64,000 nt of DNA from Pseudovirgaria hyperparasitica (taxonomy: Eukaryota): NCBI GenBank assembly GCA_010093815.1, contig ML996565.1, one strand, 5' to 3'. Made by a program: the position numbers and the translations under genes. Shown in pieces: positions 48,524-60,600 of the stretch (the stretch's first letter is position 1; each line of letters opens with the position of its first letter). The notes beneath the pieces were generated by a model, which worked only from the letters and a program-made list of their open reading frames with translations, had not been told where the DNA came from and ran no database searches.

Positions 48524-51032
48524 TCGACTCTATGGAATATACGAGGTATGTGAACGAAGCAAGTTTGATTTCGATGTGGGATGTGAGGAACGGGTGTACG
48601 GAGGTGACCGATATGCTAGTAAGGCCTCTGTGATTTGGCGCGTGCATGGCAAGCGCGCTTGCGCTCAATGTTTGCTGAACCTCTTAGGGCGAGGCATTCA
48701 CAGATAGACCAGGGTAAAGACAATCAAGAGCTTGTCCTAGTGACTACTCAGCTTGTGCGTGTGAGCGGAGGAGAGTGTTGTCAGGAGCGAAAGGCGGAGG
48801 AAGTTTACCTACGGTCTTGGCCTGGATCTCCAGCGCCCCGGGAGTAAGTAGTTCGTTACGGATGGAGATGGAGTTAGCTAAGGGAATGGCCGGAATGACC
48901 CACGCCAAGCCAGATGCAGTGTGACCCTTGTACCTGGTGTATACACACGTATGTACAGTCACGCATACGAATAATAATAATGACTTCGGCCTGCATCGCC
49001 ATACTGTCTCTGGTAAAAGAGGCTAGTAATGCTTCTACGGGTTGCGCGCCAATTGTGCGCCTTACATCTGTTGTAGTTAACAAGTGTGCCTTTGCGAGCC
49101 TGTGCTTCCCTCATGCTATCAGCATAGGTGTTAATACACCCATACACATTTAAATGCGATCCAACGACCCCGAATAACAGGCGGAAGCGGCGCGAGAGAC
49201 TTTCACCATCTCCCAGTCCTGGAGTAGTACTACATGCCGTTATGCACTGATCAGCCCAGGCCCAAGCCCGAACCCCAGCCGAAACAAATGCGGTGCAGCG
49301 TGGGGAGACATCGGTCTAATGTGTCTTCACTTTCTTCTCGCCTTCTATCATTCACTAGGCAGGGCAGGATCCTGAATCCTAAATACAACCTGCTGACTAC
49401 GATTCTTTCGACGGAAGGCGGGAGACGGAAGCCTTGCTTTAGCCACGCCACGATAGTCCATCGTGTGGCTTGACTTCTGCGGTGGTTAGATAGAAATGAC
49501 GACAGGCTCTAATTAGCATCAAAGAAGGATCAGCCACAGAACAAGCGAGGAAGATGCTGCAGGATCTCGCGGACCGAGACCGAAACACCAAACCACAACC
49601 CACAACCGACAATTCTTAAATGCACGCTGCAGGGTCTTCGTCATCTTGCAGCCGGCCGTATTTGTGTACCACTCACAGGTCCTGTCACGACATCATTGTA
49701 TCTTTTTGTCCCTTGCATCTCTCAAAGTTATGCTCCACAGCTTCAGTTTCATATCTTCCGCCTGTTGAACCCCCCAACAATTAGCCGGATGAGGTAGCGG
49801 AACAACCTAGCACCTCGTTTCCGTGGCTCGTGCAACGCATGAGTCTCCATAAGGCCAAGTAGATAGTGTCGAATTCAATTAATGTCTCTCTGGCTCATTC
49901 CATCAGTGTGTGGATGAAGAATCGTTGGTAGTGTTGGTGGTGGTGATAGTGGACCGATTAATAATTTTAATATTGCCACTTTGTGTCAACGCATTCTGGT
50001 AACTACAGCGATGCGAGTTAAGTCTGGCCTGTTTTTTTTCAGAGGCTGGATGATACTGCCTTGGTTGTATATATAACTATGGTGTGTGCTGGCTGTTCTA
50101 ATTGAAACACCTCTCATCAGCACAGACTCGCTATAGAGTAGTGTTGGTTTAGCCAGAGATCGACAGATCTCCTGGGCATTCAACAAAATATGGTACGTAC
50201 TGGCATTGCACCCTCACCGTCATTCCGAAGAGGCGAGAAGAATGGGTCTTGTCTCCACTTGATGGATGCCACCCACTGTCCACTGGAAGATAGGTAGAAG
50301 AGCAAGGCTGTGTGGCTGAGCTCAGCAGTCGTACCGTACCTATCAGCTGGACCTCGCAAAAACACCCGCGGACCCTCTTGCTGGGAGATTGAACGTGACC
50401 GCGTTTTCACATGTCTCTCTCCAAGTAGCTTTTCTCAGACACGGCAAGTGTCCTATAATGAGGTGCTGCTGAACAGGCGGCACGGATTGATGCTTGAGGC
50501 AAACGATCATCGTACTCTTTGATGTATTTAGGCTAGTCCACAAGCAAGAGGGACGACTGTACTTCCGGAGGAGTATCGATAATATGTAGTAGATAGGTTA
50601 GAGGATAGACGGGGGTACAAGCGCAATGGGGGAGTGGTCATCGTCGTCATCTTATCGCTGGCAGGCACGTTGTGGAGCTAACACCTAGGTATTAATGCCT
50701 AATCCTAACCTGGCGGGTTTCAGTACCTACAACGGTACAGCCCTTTTAGCCCTTTTAGCCCTGGAGCTTGCTGCACAGCTCCCGCTCAACACCACTTGCT
50801 TTCTCGCCGTGTTGACGCAGACTCATCCCATCTATTTCGCTCACACTTCAACTCTGTCGCGTCGCCTCTTCTTAAACCCAGCAATACCCTTCTCACTGCA
50901 TACTTTCACCGCATCTCTTATCGCCCGATAAGCGCTGTATCTATCTCCCAGTCCTTCTCCCAGCACTACCGTCTGCCAACTTCGTCATATCCTTCCTCCC
51001 GCGGCCACCGTGCCTGGACAACCTCACAGACC

Positions 51033-53071
51033 ATGGGCTTCTGTGGTGCATTTCTCGCATCGTGCTGCGGCTGTATGTCTTGGTCAGATGAGTATTACTG
51101 ACAGAATGCTGACCCGCATGCTCCAGCTCGCTCCAAAGATGGGCTTTACGAAAATGCTCTTGCAGATTCAGAAAGAGAAGCCGTAGCAGACCTCCTTGGC
51201 TACCTAGAAGATGTGCGTCCTTTGAATCAAATTCTCTCACCCTCCACCTCACTGACATGCGGGAGCAGAGAGCGAACACGGATTTCTATTCCGGTCCACC
51301 TCTACAAGCTTTAAGCATCCTTGTCTACTCAGAAAATATTGACCTTCAACGGAGCGCCAGTCTCACATTTGCTGAGATAACAGAAGGAAGTACGTCACAT
51401 GGACCCGCACTCGAAAATTATATATATTGAATAATCATGGCAGATGTGCGAGAAGTTGGACGTGAAACTCTCGAACCTATTCTATTTCTCCTTTCAAACC
51501 CCGATATCGAAGTACAGAGAGCAGCCAGCGCGGCACTCGGGAACCTGGCTGTCAATCGTATGATACCTCGTATCTACCGGACATGATCCCTATGCTAAAT
51601 ATAAGCAGCGGAAAACAAAGTCGCGATAGTACAGCTTGGAGGCTTGAATCCGTTGATCAAGCAGATGAACTCCCTCAACGTCGAAGTCCAGTGTAACGCC
51701 GTCGGCTGCATCACCAATCTGGCTACACATGAAGATAACAAAGCTCGTATTGCCCGGTCTGGAGCTTTACAGCCCCTCACAAAACTAGCAAAGTCGAAAG
51801 ATATGCGAGTACAGCGTAACGCTACAGGTGCCTTGTTAAACATGACACATTCAGGTACCTATCTAAGGCCGCTACAGCTCAGGCAATAAAAGCTTATTGA
51901 TTATAGATGATAATCGCCAGCAACTGGTCAAGGCCGGGGCAATTCCCGTCCTGGTGCAACTCCTATCGTCACCCGACGTCGATGTACAATACTATTGCAC
52001 CACTGCTTTGAGTAACATCGCAGTAGACTCAGCCAATCGTGCCAAACTGGTACAGACTGAACCACACCTCGTCAAGGCTTTGATTTCTCTCATGCGCCAA
52101 AGAGAGGGTTCTTCTCCACGGACGCGAGACAGTCTACCACCTCCCAAAGTGAAGCAGCAGGCTGCGCTCGCGCTCAGGAATCTCGCCTCAGATGAAGTCT
52201 ATCAACTAGAGATCGTGCGGAACCAAGGACTACCGCCACTACTAGAACTCCTCACATCGGAATATCCGCCTCTTAAGAATTCGGCTGTCGCTTGTATCCG
52301 CAACATCTCCATTCATCCCGCAAATGAATCTCCTATCATTGATGCTGGCTTTCTCCCGCCTCTGGTTGACCTTCTGGGCCCCAACATCTCGGAGGAAATT
52401 CAGTGCCATGCCATATCGACGCTACGGAACCTTGCTGCTAGCTCTGATCGGAACAAGCAGCTCGTGTTGGACGCTGGTGCTGTTCAGAAGTGCATAGAGC
52501 GGGTGCTGAATGTGCCACTCAGCGTGCAGTCAGAAATGACTGCAGCTATTGCAGTTCTTGCCTTGAGTGATGAGCTTAAAACCCACCTTTTGAACATTGG
52601 TGTCTTTGATGTCCTTATTCCTCTAACCGAGTCAGAAAGTATCGAGGTCCAAGGGAACAGTGCTGCTGCACTGGGCAATCTTTCTTCGAAAGGTATATTC
52701 GAAATCCGCCAGGCCATTGATGCTTGTGCTAACACGTTTTAGTGGGTGACTACAGGAAATTTTTGGAGAATTGGAAAGAACCCAATGGTGGAATTCACGG
52801 CTATCTTGAACGTTTCCTCAACAGCGGTGACCCAACTTTCCAGCACATCGCTGTATGGACACTCTTGCAACTACTCGAGTCAGAGGACACGAAATTGACG
52901 GAACGGATTGCCAAATCTGACGATCTCGTGTCCATGATCTCGCAAATTGCTGAAAGAACGATTGAATCCGATGATGAAGATAACGAAGACGGGGAGGGAG
53001 AAGTCGTCGGTCTCGCGAGAAAATGTCTCGAGCTTCTCGGAAAAGGCCAGAAGGGCTTGCTTGAGGGCTGA
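51033..53071 (+). CDS. VAC8: Vacuolar protein 8 (armadillo repeats), multi-exon
   Basis: N-terminal MG..C..CC acylation motif, then [53 protein letters not shown] and [20 protein letters not shown]. Confidence 0.96.
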
Positions 53072-53486
53072 CAATCACAGACGCCCTCGACTGCTTCGAT
53101 CGCATCGTACCGCTCATTCGCGGACGAGACTCCTTGAGCGATTACCGTATAAGCAGGCATCAATCTACACTTGGGCGTACCAATACTTCAGCGAAAACAC
53201 CAAAGTAGCATTTCCATCGACTTTTTGTTATAGCGAGCATGGGCGGAGCAGGTTGGACTTCCCTTTGTCAAAATCATCATCATCAATCTTCTTGCGCCGT
53301 ACATTTGGCACATTACTTTTTTTATACCTCTTGTGGCGCACACTTTGTTTTGCTCACGTCATCTCAAGACGCGAGCAGGTGACCTATCATCTCTCTTTAA
53401 TGGAGAGCATTGGGTCCGTATGTACAAGAGTAGGGTATAACGTACGTATTCTTGATGATATGAGGAATCGACACAGGATATAATGT

Positions 53487-55034
53487 CTACGTATCCGTTT
53501 CCGAGCCCTCGTATGTGTCACTGTCTCTTGTGCTTTCATTCTCGTCACCACTGCTACTCTCTCCCTCGCGATCACTCCCACCTGCATTACCATCCCCATC
53601 ATCATCATCATCATCACCACCATCATCAATGTCCCGATCTGAATCTTCATCCTCATCTCCCATTTCATCTCTGTGTTTCCTCAACGCCTCCAGTACGCCA
53701 CGTACTCGCTCCGGATAACGACTTTCCCGCATCTGTCCCTCCATCTCCAGGATCTTCGCGTTCAGCTCAGCTCGCTTGCGTTGTGCGATGGCTTCTTCAG
53801 AGTCACTACCACTATCATCTCCATCTCTGACTGTTCGACACTCCAGGACATCTATGTTTGGCGATGTGCCCCAAGCCCGCGCAAACGCATACGCAAGCCC
53901 TGGATTAGAGATCGCGAAAACCATTCTTATATCTCGCGCTCTCTCTCCAGACCCATCCGCCAATCGTGAGAAGTGAAGCTCTATAGCCTTCCGCCACAAC
54001 GCCGCTACTTCACCCACAGGATGTCCATACGCGCCGCAACCCCACGCACCCAGCACGATGCGCGTCGCACGCGAATACGTCGATATGGTACGCAGTACAG
54101 CGTGCATCTTCGCCAGCATCAGAGCACGCGTCTTCGGCGAGGCATAGCATTTGCGCACCGGTCCCTCATCCTCGCCAATCGCATCGCCGCCATGCTCCTC
54201 TGTGCCATTCCCGTTGCCCTTGCCTACAACATTGCCATCCGGCGCGTCCTCGACGTCCGGCCACCGTGTTGCACCCGCGCTGATGATGTCTACGTAGAAC
54301 CGCCCGCCGCTGCCGCCGCTCTTCTTGAGTTCCTCGTCGCCCACTTTCCATACGAGCACGTCGGGCGTGTACACGGCGCCGAGCTCGGGTAGGCGGTACC
54401 ATGATTCGCGTAGTGAGGGGAGGAGAGTGGTGCGTGTGCAGAGATGCTCTTCTTGGCTTGTGGCGCCCTGGTACACGCCACCGCCGGGACGAAGCGGGGA
54501 GGCCATGTTCAGCAGAGCTATGTTTGCTGGCTTGGAAGTTGACTTGGAAGAGGAGGGCGATGGGGAGAGCAGGGCGCGGGCAGCGTTGAGGGAGTCCGTG
54601 ATGTGGATTGATATGCTAGGGGGTGGAGAGGAACGGGAGGCGGATGTAGATGTAGACTGAGATGTATTGCGGGCATCATTGTTCGCTTTCTTCTTTTTCG
54701 CATCGCCTCTGTTGCTGCTGTCGTCCTCTACCTCGTCCGCGCTGTCATCGTTCCGCTTCTTCCGCCCCTTGCCCTTGCCCTTGCCCTTGCCTTTGCCCTT
54801 CTTTCCGAAATCGTCGTCTCGCGTGTCACGTGCTTCCGTGTCTGCGTCGCCTATAAACCGCAAGGGCGGGTCGACGATTAGTCTTGCCGTGTCGACACCC
54901 TTTCTTGCTCTTGCATCGCTTTTTAGAAGAGCTGGGATGACATTGTTGATGATGTGTTTCGCTTCTTTGGCTCGTTGGGCGCGGCGGATCGATTGTGGCG
55001 GTGGTGGGATGAAGTGTGGATTTGTGCGGCCCAT
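53487..55034 (-). CDS. Microbial-type poly(ADP-ribose) glycohydrolase (TIGR02452/DUF2263 macrodomain)
   Basis: LLNMASPLRPGGGVYQGATSQEEHLCTRTTL (GGG-x6-8-QEE PARG signature) and IVLGAWGCGAYGHP. Has a GK-repeat insert and an acidic tail. Confidence 0.9.
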   Translation of the reverse strand: MGRTNPHFIPPPPQSIRRAQRAKEAKHIINNVIPALLKSDARARKGVDTARLIVDPPLRFIGDADTEARDTRDDDFGKKGKGKGKGKGKGRKKRNDDSADEVEDDSSNRGDAKKKKANNDARNTSQSTSTSASRSSPPPSISIHITDSLNAARALLSPSPSSSKSTSKPANIALLNMASPLRPGGGVYQGATSQEEHLCTRTTLLPSLRESWYRLPELGAVYTPDVLVWKVGDEELKKSGGSGGRFYVDIISAGATRWPDVEDAPDGNVVGKGNGNGTEEHGGDAIGEDEGPVRKCYASPKTRALMLAKMHAVLRTISTYSRATRIVLGAWGCGAYGHPVGEVAALWRKAIELHFSRLADGSGERARDIRMVFAISNPGLAYAFARAWGTSPNIDVLECRTVRDGDDSGSDSEEAIAQRKRAELNAKILEMEGQMRESRYPERVRGVLEALRKHRDEMGDEDEDSDRDIDDGGDDDDDDGDGNAGGSDREGESSSGDENESTRDSDTYEGSETDT

Positions 55035-55395
55035 TTCAATATACGGTGGTAATGCAACTGGACTAAACTCTGTGCAATTCTTTCCCTACTATATAAATTT
55101 TAGAGTTTGTGAGGCAGCAGATATTGGGATGAGTAAGAGCACCCTGATAATCATCTCGTCACGTGGTGTTTGACGATTTGTGGAGATTGAGCGCTTGTGG
55201 ACGTTTAGATCACAGGCTTTGTGGGTGCTTCTGTATAATGGAAATGGGTCTCATTATTACTCATGTATATGTGAATGTAGTATAGCCCTGGGTCTCTCTA
55301 TATTATTTACATTATCCAATTCCATCCAGGGTACCGGACAGACGGGCAACCTTGGACCTTCATCTATCAGTCTGATGTACGATTCGAGTACTTCT

Positions 55396-57095
55396 TTACT
55401 TGTCACTCCACTCCTTGAAGCTCTTTTGACGTTGCCGCGAGTTCCATTGCAACGTTCTTGAGATGCTGTCCACCCAGTCTTTGCTTTTCCTATCCAGAGG
55501 CAAGACGCTCGGAAACGGAAAACGTGACGCGGATACCGTCACGTAGTCGCCAGGCTTCAGCTCAACTCTAGGATATCTGATTAATTCCAACGCAATTTAA
55601 CTGAAATATTGTCTTACCTTTCTCGGCCATCAAAACTGGCCCATGAGCTCGTCCGAGCGTCGTACGGCACGCCAGCTCGCATTACAATTGTGTCAGGCAG
55701 AATGATAGGTCGGAATGACAGTGTATGAGCGCAAATAGCGGTCACCAGAATCACCGGGTTATCAGGATGGCACAATGAGCCACCTGCTGCAAGGTTGTAC
55801 GCGGTTGAGCCGGTTGGTGTGGATATACATATACCATCGGCTTGTATCGTTGTGAAGTGCTGATCATCGCCAAAGAGCTCGATAGTTGACATTGCTACAA
55901 CTATCAGCACTTGCCACTCTTACAGTTTTATAGACCTCACTTGGATTTGGTCCTCGGTCCACCACGAGCTCATTCAGTATGTTGTGCGTTCCATCTGGAA
56001 CATGGGTATGTTGATTATCGGCCTCTTCTCCTATAAGCTCTTCTACTAAATCCTGGTCCGGCTTGTCCCGCGTCCGCGAGCGCATCACGGTTGCTTCAAA
56101 CCTCAGTCTCAAGCTGACAGTAATACCATCGTGAAATGCCTTCGTCAAAGTATCCGGATACCCTTCGTAGTCAAATTTCGTCAAGAATCCAAGTGAGCCG
56201 AGTGAGAATGATATGACCGCAGGCACGATGCGTTGGAAAAGGTGGCTCGCGTACAGTACAGTACCATCGCCTCCAAGTGCAACGATTATATCAAAGGTCT
56301 GCGGTCGCTTGGCGCAAAGCTCTTCATTCCAGAACCTCAGTCTGTCCTTGCAGGTTGGGCATGACTCTCTTAAACTTTTGGCATCGAAGAGATCATTGTG
56401 CTCTAATGTTTCTTCCACCCAGACAGTGAGCCCATCTTGTTTTTGTAGTATCCACTCAGTAACGTCCCGTGTGTTCTTGATTAGACCTTCGTCGTGCGCT
56501 TTGCAAAGCACAAAAACGTTTCTCACATTCGTTTTGACCCTGATGCTGGATAGACGTTTTGCAAGCTCCCGTATGCCGAACGCCATGTCCGAAATCTGCT
56601 TCTTCGTAAGCAGTCTCGACTCGTTGCGCTGGTTCTTGTCACCATGCGGATCCTTGTCGCTCATCTTCTCCTCCGTGGCGCCCTGAAAGCTAAGGTCTGG
56701 CGCTTCCGATCCCTTATGTTCGTTCAAAATCGAGTGTACATAGCAGTCGGTGGTTCTGCGCACGCTCTGTGGCCGAGCTGCCATGGTAGGGTTTAAGGAT
56801 GATTTACGGCGGTATGGTGACCCTACGCCGAATGTTACCTGAAGGTTCAGCATTTGTATCAAAAGAGTTTCTTCAGGATAGTGGGGCTAGCGGCAATGAC
56901 GCTATACATACCTCAATTGGAGTTGACCCGGATCCCTCATAGTCTCGAGGGTCAAATTCTCCACCCGACTCAGAGTGGATGTTAGCTTCAAGGTGAAGTG
57001 GGGTGATACAGTCATTTATTTACCACATTCTCAGCGAGGACCTCGGGTATCGTGAGACTCGACGGTGGAACATCAACAGTTTGTGAGGCATTCAT
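55396..57095 (-). CDS. ATP-NAD kinase (Utr1/Yef1-like), multi-exon
   Basis: [49 protein letters not shown] and AHTLSFRP. The 5' exons and start codon are less certain. Confidence 0.92.
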
Positions 57096-57625
57096 GTCAC
57101 TGGAGTGTGAGTATCGAGTGGAAGATCTAATTCAATGCACAAGGTTGCAGGCAAGAGGCTGGTAACTAGTTATCAATCGCACGCCAAATGCGGGGCTGCT
57201 TGGTCGCCTACCTGGTAGTGTCGGGACCCACTTAGTTATGTTTACATCGTCGATTCCCTATTTGACCTAAAAATCCTAGACGAACTCCGGTCCTCACGTA
57301 TGCTATGCCATACGTGATTCTACAGCCACACATTTGATTAATGACACCACCGGAATTGTTCCGCTGCGCGTGAACAGTACCGTGTGCCAAATGATCCAAA
57401 GTCGGGTCGCAGATCGGTAGCGGCTCTTCAATAAGTTACAAACGTCTTCGCAACTATGTGGGCACTATTATCTGATGATTTGACTGAACCAGCAGGACAA
57501 TGAAAGATACGTATCGACGGATATATATTGTATAATGAAGAACACAATAGATTTGAAAGATAGGGACAAGCAAGGCGAAATCTCCAACATCCTTAATGAT
57601 GCGGTTGAGATCTTCAGTGCTCAAG

Positions 57626-60600
57626 TCACTTAGAAAATTTAGTCTTCAGACGTTGTGCAGCTACGACACCGAGCTGTTCGATACTACCTCCACTCAACAA
57701 TTCCAAAACAGAGATTTCAATTCCAAGCTTCCGCTTCCACCAATTCCGAATTTCGATTGCGACAAGCGAGTCAATGCTAGCCGTAGCGAGGCTCTGGGAT
57801 AGTTCCATCTCGGAGCCTCTCATCAAGAGGTTTGTGATATATTTTCCGAGCTCTTCAGCAATTGTTTTCGCTGATGATCGGTCGTCAAGCTTGCTTGGGT
57901 CTTTGGCCATGATTGAGAGGAAACGGTCTAATTGACTGCTTCTAGTCTTGTTCTCTGCCATAGGCACTCTCTGAAGATTTCGATAGATCGACATACGAGG
58001 ATCACGTTTCCAGAATGTTGCGTTGTCATTGTCCATGATTGGTGTAGTAGACTCAGTTGAATGAAAGATATGATTGAAGGCCTGGAAGCCACTGTAGGGG
58101 CTTGTGTTGGGCCAGGACCTGGGACCATGGGTGATGGATGAGCGACAGATCGCAAGATGAAGAGTGTCCAAGAAGTGCTTCTCTGTCAAGAGGCTTGCAA
58201 AGCTCTGTCTCAGGTTCTCCCTGACGGATGCAGTACGACTGACAAATCCTATGTCGTCGATAGGACCAATACTTATTACTGAAGCAGGCAGTCCAAGACT
58301 TTGTCTGTATTGAGAAAACGAGTCAAGGAAGGTGTTTCCCGCAGAGTAATTCGACTGTCCATAGTATCCATGGATTCCGCCGAGGGAAGAGAATAAAATG
58401 AAAAAATCAAGTTCTCGTGGCAGGAGGTTGTGCAGATTCCATGCGCCTTGCACTTTTGGATTCACTGCCTTTTGCCACGTTCTCAGATCCATATCGATAA
58501 TACCAGCATCAGCTAGCACCATAGCCATGTGCATGGCGCCAGCTATGGGCATGGCTGCCAGAGCTATAACCTGCTTCATGGCGGTAGCATCTGCAACATC
58601 GACGGAGAAGACTTGGGGTGAACAGTTCATTGCTTCCAACTCGCGCAGAAATCCCTGGTCCTCTAGCGACTCACCGGCAGAGCGGGAAAGGAACATCAGA
58701 TGCTGTGCCCCATGTTCGACCATCCAACTGGCGATTGCTTTACCTAAGCCGCCCAGGCCACCAACGAGTACATATGTTGCATCCTTGCGAAACCTAGGAG
58801 TGGGAACACTCGGGGTTGACCGTATTCTGTGTTCATCCGGAAACATAATGACAACTTTGCCTATGCCAGACCCTGCCTGGAAATGCTTAAACGCAGCCGC
58901 AATGTTTTGGGCATCAAATTTTGTGATGGGTCTCACCGGTCCGAAGCTACCTGTGGCGTATTTATCCAGTGCTAGTCGGAGCAGACGAGCAGTCCTGGAC
59001 TTATTGGTGGTTATGAGTCGAGTCGCGTCCCCTACGATAAAGGTCCGGTCTCTCTCGAAAGGGGTCAATAGGAGTCGCCCTCTCCCTACCAGTGCTGCCT
59101 TGTATCAATATTGGGTCTTTCTCCAGAAGACAGATACTCACTATCGCGTTTTCCAATATCAATCATTACGCCATCTTCAGCAACACATCTCCAGGAGTCT
59201 TGCAGGTGCTCATTCGGCGATGTATGTAAAACTACGTCCACCCCGTTATTGCTAGTAGCCTCAAGGATGTCTGCCGGGAACGTGCCGTCTCGCAAATCGA
59301 AGATGCGACCACGTGGGAGATTAAATGTCTCAACCAAGAAGGATATTTTCTCTTCACTATCAACGGCCGCAAATATGTCGGCTCCAATCCACCTAGCAAC
59401 TTGGATGGCACAGATGCCAATGCCTTGGTATATCAGCAATGCTATTTGCCAAGAAGATAGCTTAACTCACCTTCAGTAGCGGCGTGAATTAGAATTGACT
59501 GCCCTCTTTGTAGTTTCCATTTCTCTACAAGAAACAGCAGAACTGTTGTATATGCAAACGGCATGGTAGCCGCTTCTTCGTCACTGAGTCCGTGTGGAAT
59601 CTTTACACACAATTCTGCCGCCCTAGCAATGATAGTAGCAATGCCTGTAGACTCTCCTCCGACGGTCATAACACGATCGCCAAGTGCGAGTTCAGTAACA
59701 CTGGATCCAAGTTTAACAACGTAACCAACGGCCTCAACACCGAAGAACCTATTGGTCCTTGCACTGATATCGATACCCATAGCAAGTTGGAGGTCGCTTT
59801 GATTTAGACCAACCATAGACACCTTAATGTGTATCTCATCCTTCGCAGGATCTTCCAGTGCCTGGCTCGTCCATTGTAGTGTTTCCAAGAAACCCGGGGT
59901 TCGAATTTGTAAGGCTTTCACTGGCTGACTCTCCACAGTGTCGCAGAGATCTTTCTCCACAGGAATCCAGTGAAAGCGACCGACGTTCAAAGTACCGGAG
60001 TACCATATCCACTCCATGTCCACATCCAATTCTCCATCTTCGATTTTCGATCTACGAATGGTATCTAAAACGTGAACAGCAGCTTGCGCAGCTCCGACTC
60101 CGTCTCCCAATTCGAGGGTAGCAAATGATGCTGCCAACTCTGATCTCGCTGTTCTCATCAAGCCCAGAATCATCCCAGTAGATGGATTTGCTGGATTGAT
60201 TTGCGCAGCAGGCATGAGCCATACGAGGCTCCTCGTTTGCATCTTTTGCACAAGCTTAAGAAGCTCTGATAGGTCTTCTTCATTCACGTCCTGCAGTACT
60301 GGTTTCTCGCCAAGATCGATGAGGGATATGATATCCTGGTTTGCTGGCAGTGTCTCACCCAGAATGCATATGTCGAATTCAATGTTCCGTTTACGAAGCA
60401 ATGTTACGAGCTCAACCACAAGTGGAACCTCTACAGTTGGTCGTAGCAGCGTGAGTCTGTGTTGGGCCAGTTCACGGATTGCTGGTTTTGCAACGCTGTT
60501 TGCCATCAACACATATGGCGGCTCATAGTCAAGAGTAACAGATTTGCACCCGGAGAAGCCAGCACTTCGCAGTCGTTTGTCCCATTCTTCTGGCGAGATA

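Noticed and set aside
58398..59255. Long antisense ORFs (also 8168-8788, 10591-11262, 4604-5188)
   Set aside because: They are shadows of real genes on the opposite strand and carry no motifs of their own.
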